Part shown: positions 1 to 10,200 of the stretch, one piece after another
How positions within the stretch are numbered: the stretch's first letter is position 1
Layout: each line of letters starts with the position of its first letter
Origin: Malacoraja senta
Taxonomy: Eukaryota
DNA: 20,000 bases
Direction: 5' to 3'
NCBI GenBank assembly: GCA_038087875.1
Contig: JAXLNO010000126.1
Coordinates: 53,869 to 73,868 of the forward strand
The notes under the pieces: model-generated
Database searches by the model: none
Seen by the model: the letters and a program-made list of their open reading frames with translations, nothing else
What the model was told of the DNA's origin: nothing
Made by a program: the position numbers and the translations under genes

Positions 1-130
1 GAGAAAGTGGAATCCCTTTAATACACAGAGTAACTTTTAAAGATTGCCATGAAAGAACGTTTGGTCAGTCAAGAATTCCCAACTTGGAGATTGCTTCCTG
101 TGTTTTGAATCTTTGCTATATTGACTGTTG

Positions 131-191
131 TTTTACTTCGGAGTCACGTGAGTGACTACGTGAAGAACCCCGTCAGGGCGCATGCGCGTCA
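131..191 (+). repeat. DIRS left inverted terminal repeat (lITR)
   Basis: 131-166 is the exact reverse complement of 4528-4563. 131-191 is an imperfect reverse complement of 4761-4824. Confidence 0.92.
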
Positions 192-320
192 TTACGTCTG
201 ACGCATTGGCGACAACGGCAGCAGGAGGACGGACCTCCTGCTGCAGGTGAGTAATTACAGCTCCACCAAAGTCGGGGAGACTTTGGAGGAGTTAGAGAAA
301 AGTAAAGAAAGTGTTTCTGT

Positions 321-1526
321 GTGTTTTCCCCCACATACAGGAACAAGGAAAAGGTGCAGGCTGCTGCCGACAAGGAGAAAGAGAGCTGCGGGAGCGCAGT
401 CTCTGAAAGGCAGCCTGTCACCTCGGGGGAGTCGCAAGCCGGTAGCGGTGCGGCGACAGACTTGGCAAAGTGCCCAGCCGGGTACACAGCCAATGCCAGT
501 CGGGCGGTCGGCATAAGCCAAGTCTGTCAGGGCTATAGACTCCGCAGAGTAGGGCCACGAGAGTCCCGTCGGGGACAGGATACCGTTCCCCAGCGGTTAT
601 CCAAAAGGAGCAGCTCATACAGGGGCTGCTCCACAGAGACGCTCCAGGAGGAGTAGTGCTGGAGGGAAGCCATAGAGAAGGCTCCGCTGGCAGTGCCTAG
701 GAGAGGTTCTGCTTCATAAAGCCACACTCCAGGAGGAGTAGTGCAGGCGGGAAGCCTTAGGGAAGGCTCCGCTGGCAGTGCCTAGGAGAGGTCTGCTTCA
801 TAAAGCCATACTCCAGGAGGAGTTGTGCAGGCGGGAGGCCGTGGGGACGGCTCCGCTGGCAGTGCCTAGTAGAGGCCTGCTTGAAAGCACCCTCTTTGCA
901 AGAGGTGAGTGCAGAAGGGCAGATACGCTCTGACCCTGAGTCCGACGACTTCCAAAGGGAGGGCAGGCAGCTGTCAGAGCTGACACCGTGTGCAGCACGG
1001 TTTGCCATGTCGTCGGACGCTGGTGAGGCTCTGGGTGAGGAACTTGCCACCAGCATAAATTACCAAGTCTCACATCAGCTACAGGAGCTGACAATGGATG
1101 AGACAGTAACGAAGTATGAAGCCCCAATCAACTGTGGACTGTTAAAAGTTCCTGTTGGGAACAGGAAGAATTGGGGCAAGATGGGCATACTAATGAAAGC
1201 CCAGGAGCATGTGAAGCTCCAGCATATTTTTAAAGTTGCTGGCAGGATGGAGAGGCCATGACAAATTACAACAAAAGGCGATTAGACCAACCATCAATGC
1301 TAAATATGCTTCACTCTGCCAGCCTGGCACAGTGCAACCGGCACAGCTGTTTGGCGAGGATTTCGCACAGCAGGTGAAGGAGCTGGAGGAGGAGGCTAAG
1401 ACGGCAGCCACATATTCACCAAAGCGGAAGTATCCCTATAAGGGAGCAGACTGGTCCGGGCAAGGGACTAGTCCAGCTACGATGCAGCGCAGTTGGCGTT
1501 CGGCTGAAGCACCGCCATGGAGGTGA
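321..1526 (+). pseudogene. DIRS ORF1 (gag-like), broken by stops and frameshifts
   Basis: Fragments AGEALGEELATSINYQVSHQLQE and AIRPTINAKYASLCQ..AQLFGEDFAQQVKELEE (LFG motif typical of the DIRS1 ORF1 C-terminus). Lies upstream of RT. Start is approximate. Confidence 0.7.
642..882 (+). repeat. ~84-bp tandem repeat, about 2.9 copies, inside DIRS ORF1
   Basis: Units begin CTCCAGGAGGAGT at 642, 727 and 811 (periods 85 and 84). Unit 1 has one extra T (GGTTCTG vs GGTCTG). Confidence 0.93.
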
Positions 1527-1692
1527 GATATCCAGCTCAAGGCCGGGGAAGAATGCCAGGTGATAAGGAGGTAAGAGGGTCTGGTTCTCATGTAGACAGA
1601 TCTAATGTGATACAATTAAATGTTTACCTCAGTTTATACTGAAGGTTATTCAAGGGCATCAAATAAAGCTTAATGCAAATTCTCATTTACCC

Positions 1693-3334
1693 ATGCAACA
1701 TGTTCCAAAAAAGGAGTTTGACTTCAGTATCACTGAACAATTGGAAGTTCAGCTGGAACTTGCAAGCTTATGTAATAAAGGTGTAATTGCTAAGGCAGTT
1801 TACCAAAGCCATCAGTTTGTGTCCAATATCTTTCCCAGACCAAAAAAGGATGGGGGGATGCAGAATTATACAGACCTGAATAGTCTTAACCCTTTTGTAC
1901 GGTATAGACATTTTAAGATGGAAACGTTTGTGAAGGAGATCTTAAAGATGCGGATTCAGTGTCTGTTCATTTGCAGGATAGAAGATTTAAAATTCAGCTG
2001 GATGGGGCAATTATGCCTATACAATCCACTGCCTAATGGTTTCTCTTCAGCTCCTAGAGGGATTACAAAGTTGTTAAAACCTATTCTAGGCATGATGAGA
2101 AGTCAAGGTCATGTGTTCATGGCTTAACTAGATAATATCTTGATTGTAGGACAATCAAAGGAAACAGCTGAAGCATCAGTGGCAGTTGGTAAAAACCATT
2201 TTTTAATTGGGCTTTATAAGCTATCCAGAGAAATCTTAATTTATACCTGTGACACAAATTGACTAGTTGGGTTCACAATGGACTTAATCAACATCATTGT
2301 GACCTTGCCCAGGCAAAAAAGGGTAGAGCTAATTAAGAGCTATATCAAGTTAATTGCTAACACACAGCCTTCAATTAGCCAGGTGACAAGTCTGCTGTGG
2401 TAATGGCTGGCAGCATTTCCAGCAGTTCAATATGGCCACTTTATTATCTACAATTACAAAGGTCAAAGGAACAAGCATTGAGGATACATTGGGGTCATTA
2501 TAATAGACCTATGCTTCTATCAATAGAGGCTGTTGCTGATGTACAATGGTGGATTCAGCATGTGTCCACTAGTAGTTCCAAAGTGTTATTGGACCAAGCT
2601 TCCATCATTTGCAGACAGATGTCAGAGCACTTGGGTAGGGTGCTACTGATACAAGATCCAGCGGTGGAGACAGATGAACATTGCTTCTGCAAACATGGGG
2701 AATTAACCAGGAGTATTTTATGGACTCGAGGCTTATGGCACTAACTAAACTAGTTTGCATGTGCAGTGCAAAATAGACAACACTACAGCAGTTGCTGATA
2801 TGAATCACATGGGTGGAATCAAATCGTTATCATGTGACAGGTTGGCAAATACAATTGGACCTGGAGTAGGGATAGAGAGATTTGGATTGGAGCTATCTAT
2901 CTCCCAGGGAAACTTAATGTAGTACCAGATAGCAGCTCACGAAAATTCCATCATAACACAGAGTGGATGTGGAACCAGGATGTGTTCAAGAACATAGTAC
3001 CTCTATATGGAAGGCCAAAATATGTTTCATAGGCACCAGATCCAGGGGCAATGACAATTGATGCTTTTTCACTAATTGGGATGATATGTTTGTGTACATT
3101 TTCCCACCATTCTGCCTCATAGGTCGGTGTTTGAGAAAATCAAGCAGGATGCCGCTTCAGGGGTTTTGGTGATACCAAATTGCCTGATTCAACCATGGTT
3201 TCCTTTGATGTTACAGATAGCGATCCAACATCTTTTTGCTGATTCCAAACAGTAGGAATTTGCTGAAGCATCCAGTAACGCATTAAGTTCATCCGTTATG
3301 TGATGGTATGGATCTGTTAATTTGCAGGTTTTAA
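1693..3334 (+). pseudogene. DIRS reverse transcriptase - RNase H - DNA adenine methyltransferase-like ORF, inactivated
   Basis: RT: FVSNIFPRPKKDGG, DLNSLN, HFKMET, LPNGFSSAPR; catalytic YLDD reads TAA-CTA-GAT-AAT (*LDN) at 2125-2136. RNase H: LQTDV..G*GA, IDNTTAVADMNHMGG, YLPGKLNVVPD. Methyltransferase: DAFSL, VYIFPPFCLIG, QPWFP. Many frameshifts. Confidence 0.92.
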
Positions 3335-3336
3335 GA

Positions 3337-4318
3337 ATGCCTTACATTGGTCGAGGACTTTCTAGGCCAACGGTGGATATACTCACTGCAGTCTGGAGAA
3401 ACAGTACTCAAAAACAGTATATGACTTATGAAAAAAAAAAAAAAAATGGGAACAATATTGTGTTCAAAAGAATATTCAATATGATACTGTAGTTATTGAA
3501 AATGTGTTAGAGTTTATCTACACTTTATTATGATGAGGGTCTTAGCTATACTGCTATCAATACAGCTAGAAGTGCTTGGTCGGCATATCTTGTAATAGGT
3601 ACACGGACACAAAGTATAGGTTCTCACCCTCTCATATCTAGGTTGATGAAAGGAATCTTTAATTCCAAACTGCCTAAGCCTAGGTATATGGTAATCTGCG
3701 AGGTAAGTGTTGTTTGTAACATACTTCGTCATTGGGTTCCTGTCACGTCTATAACTTTGTTAAAATTAACCATGAAATTGGCTATGCTAATGGCATTAGT
3801 GTCAGTACAGAGAGTGCAGACTTTCCAAAAACTTCACTTCGAGAGAATGGAAGTGAATACAGAGAATGTTCTGTTTTATATTTCTGACCTGCTCAAACAA
3901 AGCAGGCCAGGTGTGATGGGTTTTAAGATTGTGTTCTCAGCATATCCTACAGCTCCATGTTTATGTGTAAGGACACATTTGTTACATTACATTGAAGCCA
4001 CAAGGGCTTTAAGACAAGAAGAAACAGGATTATTTCTCAGTTACAAGAAGCCAACATAAAAGAGTGGCAGTTCAGACTATCTCAAGGTGGTTAAAGCAAG
4101 AGTTGGTTCAGGCAGGAATTAACATTTATGTGTTTACATCTCATTCCACTAGCGCAGTAGCAACATCTGCGGCCAGGGCGATGGACATTCCCATCGACCA
4201 TATATTAAAAGCCGCAGGTTGGAAAAATGAACTTGTGTTTCAGCAATACTACCATCGGCCGATTGCCGATGGAGGGCTGTTTGCCAACTCAATATTGAGT
4301 GCTGTTGCTATTGTTTAA
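3337..4318 (+). pseudogene. DIRS tyrosine recombinase (YR), inactivated
   Basis: MPYIGRGLSRPTVDILTAVWRNSTQKQY, KGIFNSKLPKPRY, KLAMLMALVSVQRVQ, TISRWLKQ, FTSHSTSAVATSAA (HSTR changed to HSTS), AAGW..VFQQYY. An A16 run at 3431-3446 and a stop at 4057-4059 disrupt it. Confidence 0.92.
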
Positions 4319-4527
4319 AGTCTGTTTTCAATACTGTTTCATTCTGTTTCGTTTGTTGCCCAACATTAAGAGGGTTTATTGGTTGTTTTATGACCAAAAA
4401 TAAAACTGTTTTGTTTTTGCATGATATGCAATGTCATGTTTACAGCATTATTGATGATACTCAGTCAATCGATGCAGTGAGAAGCCGGGATTTTGATCTG
4501 CGGCATAAAAATCACAGAGCTTTAAAA

Positions 4528-4639
4528 TCTTCACGTAGTCACTCACGTGACTCCGAAGTAAAATAGTAAGATTAAACGAGAACTTACCAGTTTGAAGTTT
4601 GATCTTTATTTTATGAGGAGGTACGTTGGTGATGACGTG
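4528..4639. repeat. DIRS internal complementary region (ICR)
   Basis: 4528-4563 is the reverse complement of the left end (131-166). 4564-4639 is the reverse complement of the right end (4794-4869) with 2 mismatches. Confidence 0.95.
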
Positions 4640-4760
4640 CCCGCCACGCCCAACCCTCTCTCATAGAAAAAAGGTCATAATGGTAGTTCTCATGTTGATC
4701 ATCTTAATATGTTACTTCAATTATGGTGTTGTCTGTGTTTCATACCGCTGCTTTGAAGAT

Positions 4761-4869
4761 TGACGCGCATGTGCCCTGACGGGTCTTCTTCTTCACGTAA
4801 TCACCAACGTAACTCCTCATAAAATAAAGATCAAACTTCAAACTGGTAAGTTCTCGTTTAATCTTACTA
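4761..4869 (+). repeat. DIRS right ITR (4761-4824) plus right extension (4825-4869)
   Basis: TGACGCGCATGTGCCCTGACGGG..CTTCACGTAATCACC is an inverted copy of the lITR. The terminal ~45 bp has no lITR counterpart but pairs with the ICR. Confidence 0.9.
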
Positions 4870-5250
4870 TTCTGCTCCACATTCACAGGCTGGGCTCTGA
4901 CGGAGCCCCCATCTCCACATGCCAACTCCAGTACAAAGTCTGTAGAGATTCACCCATGCTCCTCTGGGGAGCTAAGACCCTGGACAGCTTTTATCTGGTG
5001 AAGAGATGTCACTGTGTAATGGAGATGAGGTTGCCTTCCACTCCTGTGACCACTTGGTGGCTATCCAGTGTGCTTTTGTCTCAGTTGGCTGGATGGATGT
5101 TAGGAGTAGTTTTCCATGTGGAGCAAAGAGGTGACTGGATGTCAGTCGGGCTCCCACTGCTCTCTACTGATAGCCTGATAGAGGAGATGAGCTGCTTCGA
5201 TGGCACGACGAGGTAGTGCCAGAGTTGCGGCTTGCCTTCGGATCCCTGCA
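4870..5250 (-). mobile_element. Old non-LTR retrotransposon ORF2 C-terminal fragment (I-group, Vingi/Ingi-like; clade uncertain), interrupted by the DIRS element and continuing at 130-122
   Basis: Minus-strand translation RLTSSHLFAPH..KWSQEW..PGS*LPRGAWVNLYRLCTGVGMWRWGLRQSPACECGAE, then QQS at 130-122. This matches the W..LNRLRTGVG..WG..C.CG..Q zinc-knuckle terminus. Confidence 0.7.
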
Positions 5251-5309
5251 GGCAGAATGCCTACAAGTAGAGGGAGCTGTCACATGCAGTGACAGTGAGG
5301 ACTGACACA

Positions 5310-5650
5310 TAATACTTCAAACATTAATAAAAACACATCATCGATTAAACATGTGAATGAAATAAAATAAAGAGCAAAAGGAGGCTACAGATTTTTGGTT
5401 ATTGAGTAGAGCTACTACTCGTGGAAGAACAAAACACACAATGAACACAATTTACACAAATATCCATCACAGTGACTCTCCCTCATTCAGCTCCTCACTG
5501 TGATGGAAGGTAAAACAAGTTTTATCACTTACTTGCTTCTTCTCTCGCGGTCAGGCAGTCAAAACTGCTGCATTGAGGCGATCGAGGCTCCCGATGTTGA
5601 AGCTCCCGCCGGGCGATTGGAGACCCCGCAGTTGATTTTAAGCCGCGCGG
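5310..5650 (-). mobile_element. Fragment of a non-autonomous LINE-3'-like interspersed repeat, related to 12425-13331
   Basis: Minus strand has a GC-rich segment, then CCTTC plus a hairpin (5463-5507), then a T/G-rich tract. Same layout as the 3' part of the 12425-13331 element. Boundaries approximate. Confidence 0.5.
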
Positions 5651-6597
5651 TGCGATCTCTGTGAATTGGACAGGAGTCTGGTGAAGGATGATTGTGCACT
5701 GACATAGGAAATGCTAAAGAGATATGGGCTGCTGGACACAACATGCTGAGCCTGACACACAATACAAAGTAATCATCAGGGTTTGTGCTGTTCACATCAG
5801 CATCAATACTCACTGTTGTAATGTGCTCTGTAAATTGGTGCAGCTGCAATGAACATTGACAGGACTCCATACACCAGGAAAACATAACGATGTTCTGTCA
5901 AAGAGATTCCATTAGAGGCCGTGACGCAGGTAGATGCACGAGCATGTACATATACCCCACAACCCAAAACATATTTCACTGTTACTTCAGTAATGGATCT
6001 TTATGAATTTCTGTGCATTTGTCTGTTTATTGTTGTCATTCCACTGACATATAGTCATAGAATCACTGAAACAACCCCATCAGCACACCACGGCCATGCC
6101 TGTCTTTTGGCCCAAATACTCTCATCCAATTTGATGCCTATTAATTTTGAATGCTTCTATGCCTCACCTACTTAAGTGCATCGTGTCGGAGAAAGTGAAT
6201 GAAAACGGATAAAGCATTAGTGCTGCCGTAGTGGGATAGTACGTTGGAGGCACAAGAGACTGTAGATGCTGGAATCAGGAGCAACAAAACAAAATTGCTG
6301 GATGAACTCAGAGAATCAATCGACAGTTGATGTTTTGGGGTGAGGATCAACTGGATTACAAGTTGGCCTTGCTCTGGATAAAACTGTAAATGTAATGCAT
6401 ATTGATGCAGATTTCCACGATATTGTGCACGCCCTCTGTAGGAGGCCAACCCAGAGGACAATTGTAAATGATTGGAACTCATCTGGCTTGGACTTCCAGC
6501 GGTGGAGTGGATGTCCATCCCTCCCAGATCACCCTACTGCAATATTCAGCCTACTATGCAATATTACAATAATCATCAGATCTACTCTGGAGAAAGA

Positions 6598-7188
6598 CAA
6601 GAACAGGGATGTAATGCTGAGGCGCTATAAGGCGCTGGTCAGGCTGCATTTGGAGTATTGTGAACAATTTTGGGCACCAGATTGGAGGAAGGGTGTACTG
6701 GCTCTGGAGATGGTCAAGAGGAGCTTTACAAGCATCATCCCAGAAATGAGTGGGTTAACCTATGATGTGCGTTTGACAGCACTGGGCCTGCACTCGCTGG
6801 AGTTTAGAAGGATGAGGGGGACCTCATTGAAACGTATCGAGTAGTGAAAGGCTTGGATTGAGTGGGTGTGGAGAGGAATTATTCACTAGAGTGTGTCTAG
6901 GATTAGTGGTCATCGCCTCAGGGTTAAAGGATGTTCCTTTAAGAAGGAGGTGAGGAGGAATTTATTTTGTCATAGGGTGGTGAATCTGTGGAATCCTTTG
7001 CCACAGAAGGCCATGGAAACCAAGTCAGTGGATGTTTTTAATGCAGCGATAGATAGATTCTTGGTTTGTACGATTTCAGAGGTTATGGGGAGAAGGCAGG
7101 AGAATGGAGTTAGGAGGGAGAGATAAATCAGCCATGATTGAATGACAGAGTAGACTTGAGGGGCCGAATGGTCTAATTCTGCTCCTAT
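6598..7188 (+). mobile_element. CR1-clade LINE 3' fragment
   Basis: RYKALVRLHLEYCEQFWAP..LGLHSLEFRRMRG..FCHRVVNLWNPLP, with a 3' UTR ending GGCCGAATGGTCTAATTCTGCTCCTAT. Confidence 0.9.
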
Positions 7189-7820
7189 CATAGAAACATA
7201 GAAACATTGAAAATAGGTGCAGGTGGAGGCCTTTCGGCCCTTCGAGCCAGAATCACCATTCATTGTGATCATGGCTGATCGTCCCCAATCAATAACCCGT
7301 GCCTTCTCCCCATATCCATTGATTCCACCAGCACCTAGAGCTCTATCTAACTCTCTCTTAAATCCATCCAGTGATTTGGCCTCCACTGCCCTCTGTGGCA
7401 GGGAATTCCACAAATTCACAACTCTCTAGGTGAAAACGTTTTTTCTCACCTCAGTCTTAAATGGCCTCCCCTTTATTCTAAGACTGTGACCCCTGGTTCT
7501 GGACTCGCCCAACATTGGGAACATTTTTCCTGCATCTAGCTTGTCCAGTCCTTTTTATAATTTTATATGTTTTCCAGAAGATTAGTCATGCATGATTTCT
7601 CTTTCATAAATCCATGTTGACTTGGAATAATCCTTTTACTGCTATTCAAATGCCCCATTATTACCTCTTTAATAATTGACTCCAGCATATTTCGCACCAC
7701 CGAAGTCAGGCTAACAGGTCTGTAATTCCCCGGTTTCCCTCTCGCTCCTTTCTTGAAACGTGGGTTAACATTAGCAATCCTCCAATCCACAGGAACTGAT
7801 CCTGAATCTATTGAACATTG
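7189..7820 (-). mobile_element. CR1-clade LINE, internally deleted, tail-to-tail with the preceding copy
   Basis: (CATAGAAA)n tail at 7189 and NLWNSLPQRAVEA 3' end to ~7562. This is joined directly to the upstream RT segment GNYRPVSLTSVV..QHGFMKEKSCMTNLLE (7563-7820). Confidence 0.88.
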
Positions 7821-8924
7821 GATATCACATGACCTTATGAACAGCTTCATTGGAACTGTCCTCAACATCCTACTGACCACACATCATCCTGTCTTGCAGA
7901 TTTATTGCTCAATGTTTGACATTGGTGATGCACAATATCTTAATATGAGTGATCAAAATAATAAAATCCAAGGGTTTTTTCAAACTCGTATAGGTAATTA
8001 AATATTTCATCCAAGAACAATGATATCGTCCAAAATGTTGGGCTCCTGCCTGCAATTTCAGAAGCAGAATATTCCAACATGATACATGTTGGAGAAGAGT
8101 ATCCAAAAATATTCAAACATAATTGTTTAAACTTACTCCTCTTAATCAAAAACGATCTTTGGAGTTTTGTTTCTGGATGCAAGTAAACCACGAGAATATA
8201 AACGATCATTGCTACCACCATTAAAATTCCAAAGCCTTCGATAATCCTGTACGTGATGAGAAACTCTAGAAGAGGAAATCAAAACGCGTGCGAAAAAATA
8301 TGAACTACATGTCAGAACAGAGTTTGCTTTTCAAGATCAACGCATCGCAGTTGTTTCAGCTCTTTCCTGATATTGAGCATGAAATGGGACGGATATGAGA
8401 ATTTTATGTCGAAGTCACGTGAGTGACTACGTGAAGAGCCCGCCAGCCCGCATGCGCGCCAATACGTCGACGCATGGCGGCGGGAATCGGAACAGTTCGA
8501 AACTGCTCTTGCAAGCAAGCCAAATTTGTTTCAGGAACGGGCCGCTGGAGTCAGCGGGCCGGAGTAGGTGAGCGGTTGCCGCCGTTGGAGCTCCGAACTG
8601 AAGCAGGCGGCCGAATTTGGAGCCGCCCTAGAGGCTCCGTAAGGAGTTGGCGGGGCGGCTGCCGGCGCAGCCAGGTCAGCGATCGCTGCAAAAGATTAGC
8701 AGCAGCCGGTGGTTTTAAAAATAGCCGCGGCCAGGACAGCGACCGCCAGGTAAACTCAGCTGCCGGAGCACCTAGCAATTTTAAACATAGAGGCTGCCGG
8801 CTGAGGCAGCATACTCTGCAGCGTATAGTGTATGCTCTATTTATAGGGCAGCTATAAATAGAGCTGGCAGGTTTTTAATAGCGGTTGCCGCTCGGTCACG
8901 TGTGTGACTATCGTAGCAGATAGG

Positions 8925-8995
8925 ATATAAAAGATACAAAGGACATTTGTTATCACATACACCAAATGGTGTAGTGAAATTTGACTTGCCATTGC
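8925..8995 (-). mobile_element. Very short LINE 3'-tail fragment inside the second DIRS
   Basis: Minus strand GCAATGGCAAGTCAAATTTCACTACACCATTTGGTGTATGTGATAACAAATG resembles the AAAT(T/C)TC-stem-loop-ACAA 3' end seen at 13790-13820. Confidence 0.45.
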
Positions 8996-9944
8996 GGCAC
9001 AGAATGGGGCTCCACTGGAGCAGGCGGCTGTTCAGCGCATCTCACGGGCAATGCCTGTACAGATTAATGCTCCGAAAGGGAGTCAGCCAGAGGACTGAGG
9101 AGGCAACGCCTTGGTTCAGGGTTGCGTTCTATTTCCTCCCCTAAGAAACTCCGTAGAGGCTCCAGAAAGGAGCTCCTGCTTAGGAAGCTTTTTGAGCTGT
9201 GTCTGTCAGACACCTGTGGGAGCAACACCTGGTTTACTGTTGTGTAATGATAATTTCCGCTCAGTAGAGGGGACTGTTGGAGATTCTTTCATAAGTAACT
9301 CCAACTATGTGGATATCGATAGAGCAGTCGAATCTCTGATCTAATGGGGATATTATTCTTTTTACTCATATGAACAAACTATGCTCCATGTACCGGAGGC
9401 ATTAACAGGCGGCTCCAGCCATATGCCTGTGACAACACCTGGCAGGGTGGCAGTATTCCTCCCACTCTGTCAAGGGGAGTATCAAAGAGAGTGACTCCGA
9501 TAATGATGCCGGCTCATCCAGGTCATATGGGGCCAGAGGCCTGAGGTAGCAATGCCTGGTTCAGGGTTGCGCTCTTATTTCCTCCCCTGAAATACTCCGT
9601 TGAGGCTCCAGAAGGGAGCTAGGACTCGGAGTCACAAACAGGTGCAACCTGTCTGGTAAGTACAATAAATAATGATGATTTATACCGACAGCAGAGGACC
9701 GCGGCAGTGCGGAAAGCCGACGGCCACTTCGGAGTCGCTGACAGTGCCAATCTGCACAGCTAGTTCCGATTCGGCTCCTAGAGGGAGCAGCTGGGCAACC
9801 CCCGAGTCGGGGCAAAGCCAAAGCCAAGTTCTGTGAAGTCTGTGAGACAAGTGCTATCGGACGATTCGGGACAAGAGGATTCTGTCCCCACATCTATGGC
9901 AGAGGTGATTGGCCGTTTGTCTCAATTGGAACATCTGATGGATC

Positions 9945-10200
9945 AGATGGTGGCACAAAATATGCACGGTGTTACGGAGGCATGCACAGACAGTTCGAGT
10001 CATACACCTGTATCAACGCCTGGTTCAGGGTTGCAATATTCCTCCCACTCGGATGAAGAAGGTGTCGGAGATGGTGGCACAAAATATGCTCCGTGTTACG
10101 GAGGCTTGCACAGGCAGTTCGAGTCATACCCCTGTGGCAACGCCTGGTTCAGGGTTGCAGTATTTCTCTCCACTCTGTCGAGGGGAGTGTCGGAGATCAG
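9945..10200 (+). repeat. 124-bp tandem duplication in ORF1 of the second DIRS
   Basis: AGATGGTGGCACAAAATATGC..GTGTTACGGAGGC..CAACGCCTGGTTCAGGGTTGCA starts at 9945 and again at 10069. Confidence 0.88.

Larger units (their letters stand above)
131..4869 (+). mobile_element. Full-length, decayed DIRS1-like tyrosine-recombinase retrotransposon
   Basis: Starts TTTTACTTCGG and ends ATCTTACTA. Has non-identical inverted termini and an internal complementary region matching both ends. ORF1, RT, RNase H, DNA methyltransferase-like and YR motifs occur in canonical DIRS1 order. No target-site duplication. Confidence 0.95.

Noticed and set aside
3050..3334. Bacterial or phage methyltransferase plus integrase (prophage or defence system)
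   Set aside because: Both domains are standard DIRS1 components and lie between the ITRs together with RT and the ICR.
4872..5216. Plus-strand exon after the acceptor-like CTCCACATTCACAG, and ORF 4956-5216
   Set aside because: The minus strand gives a clear LINE C-terminal motif; the plus-strand frames are unrecognisable.
6598..7562. Large inverted repeat or DNA transposon
   Set aside because: Two diverged CR1 3' ends in tail-to-tail orientation, not terminal inverted repeats.
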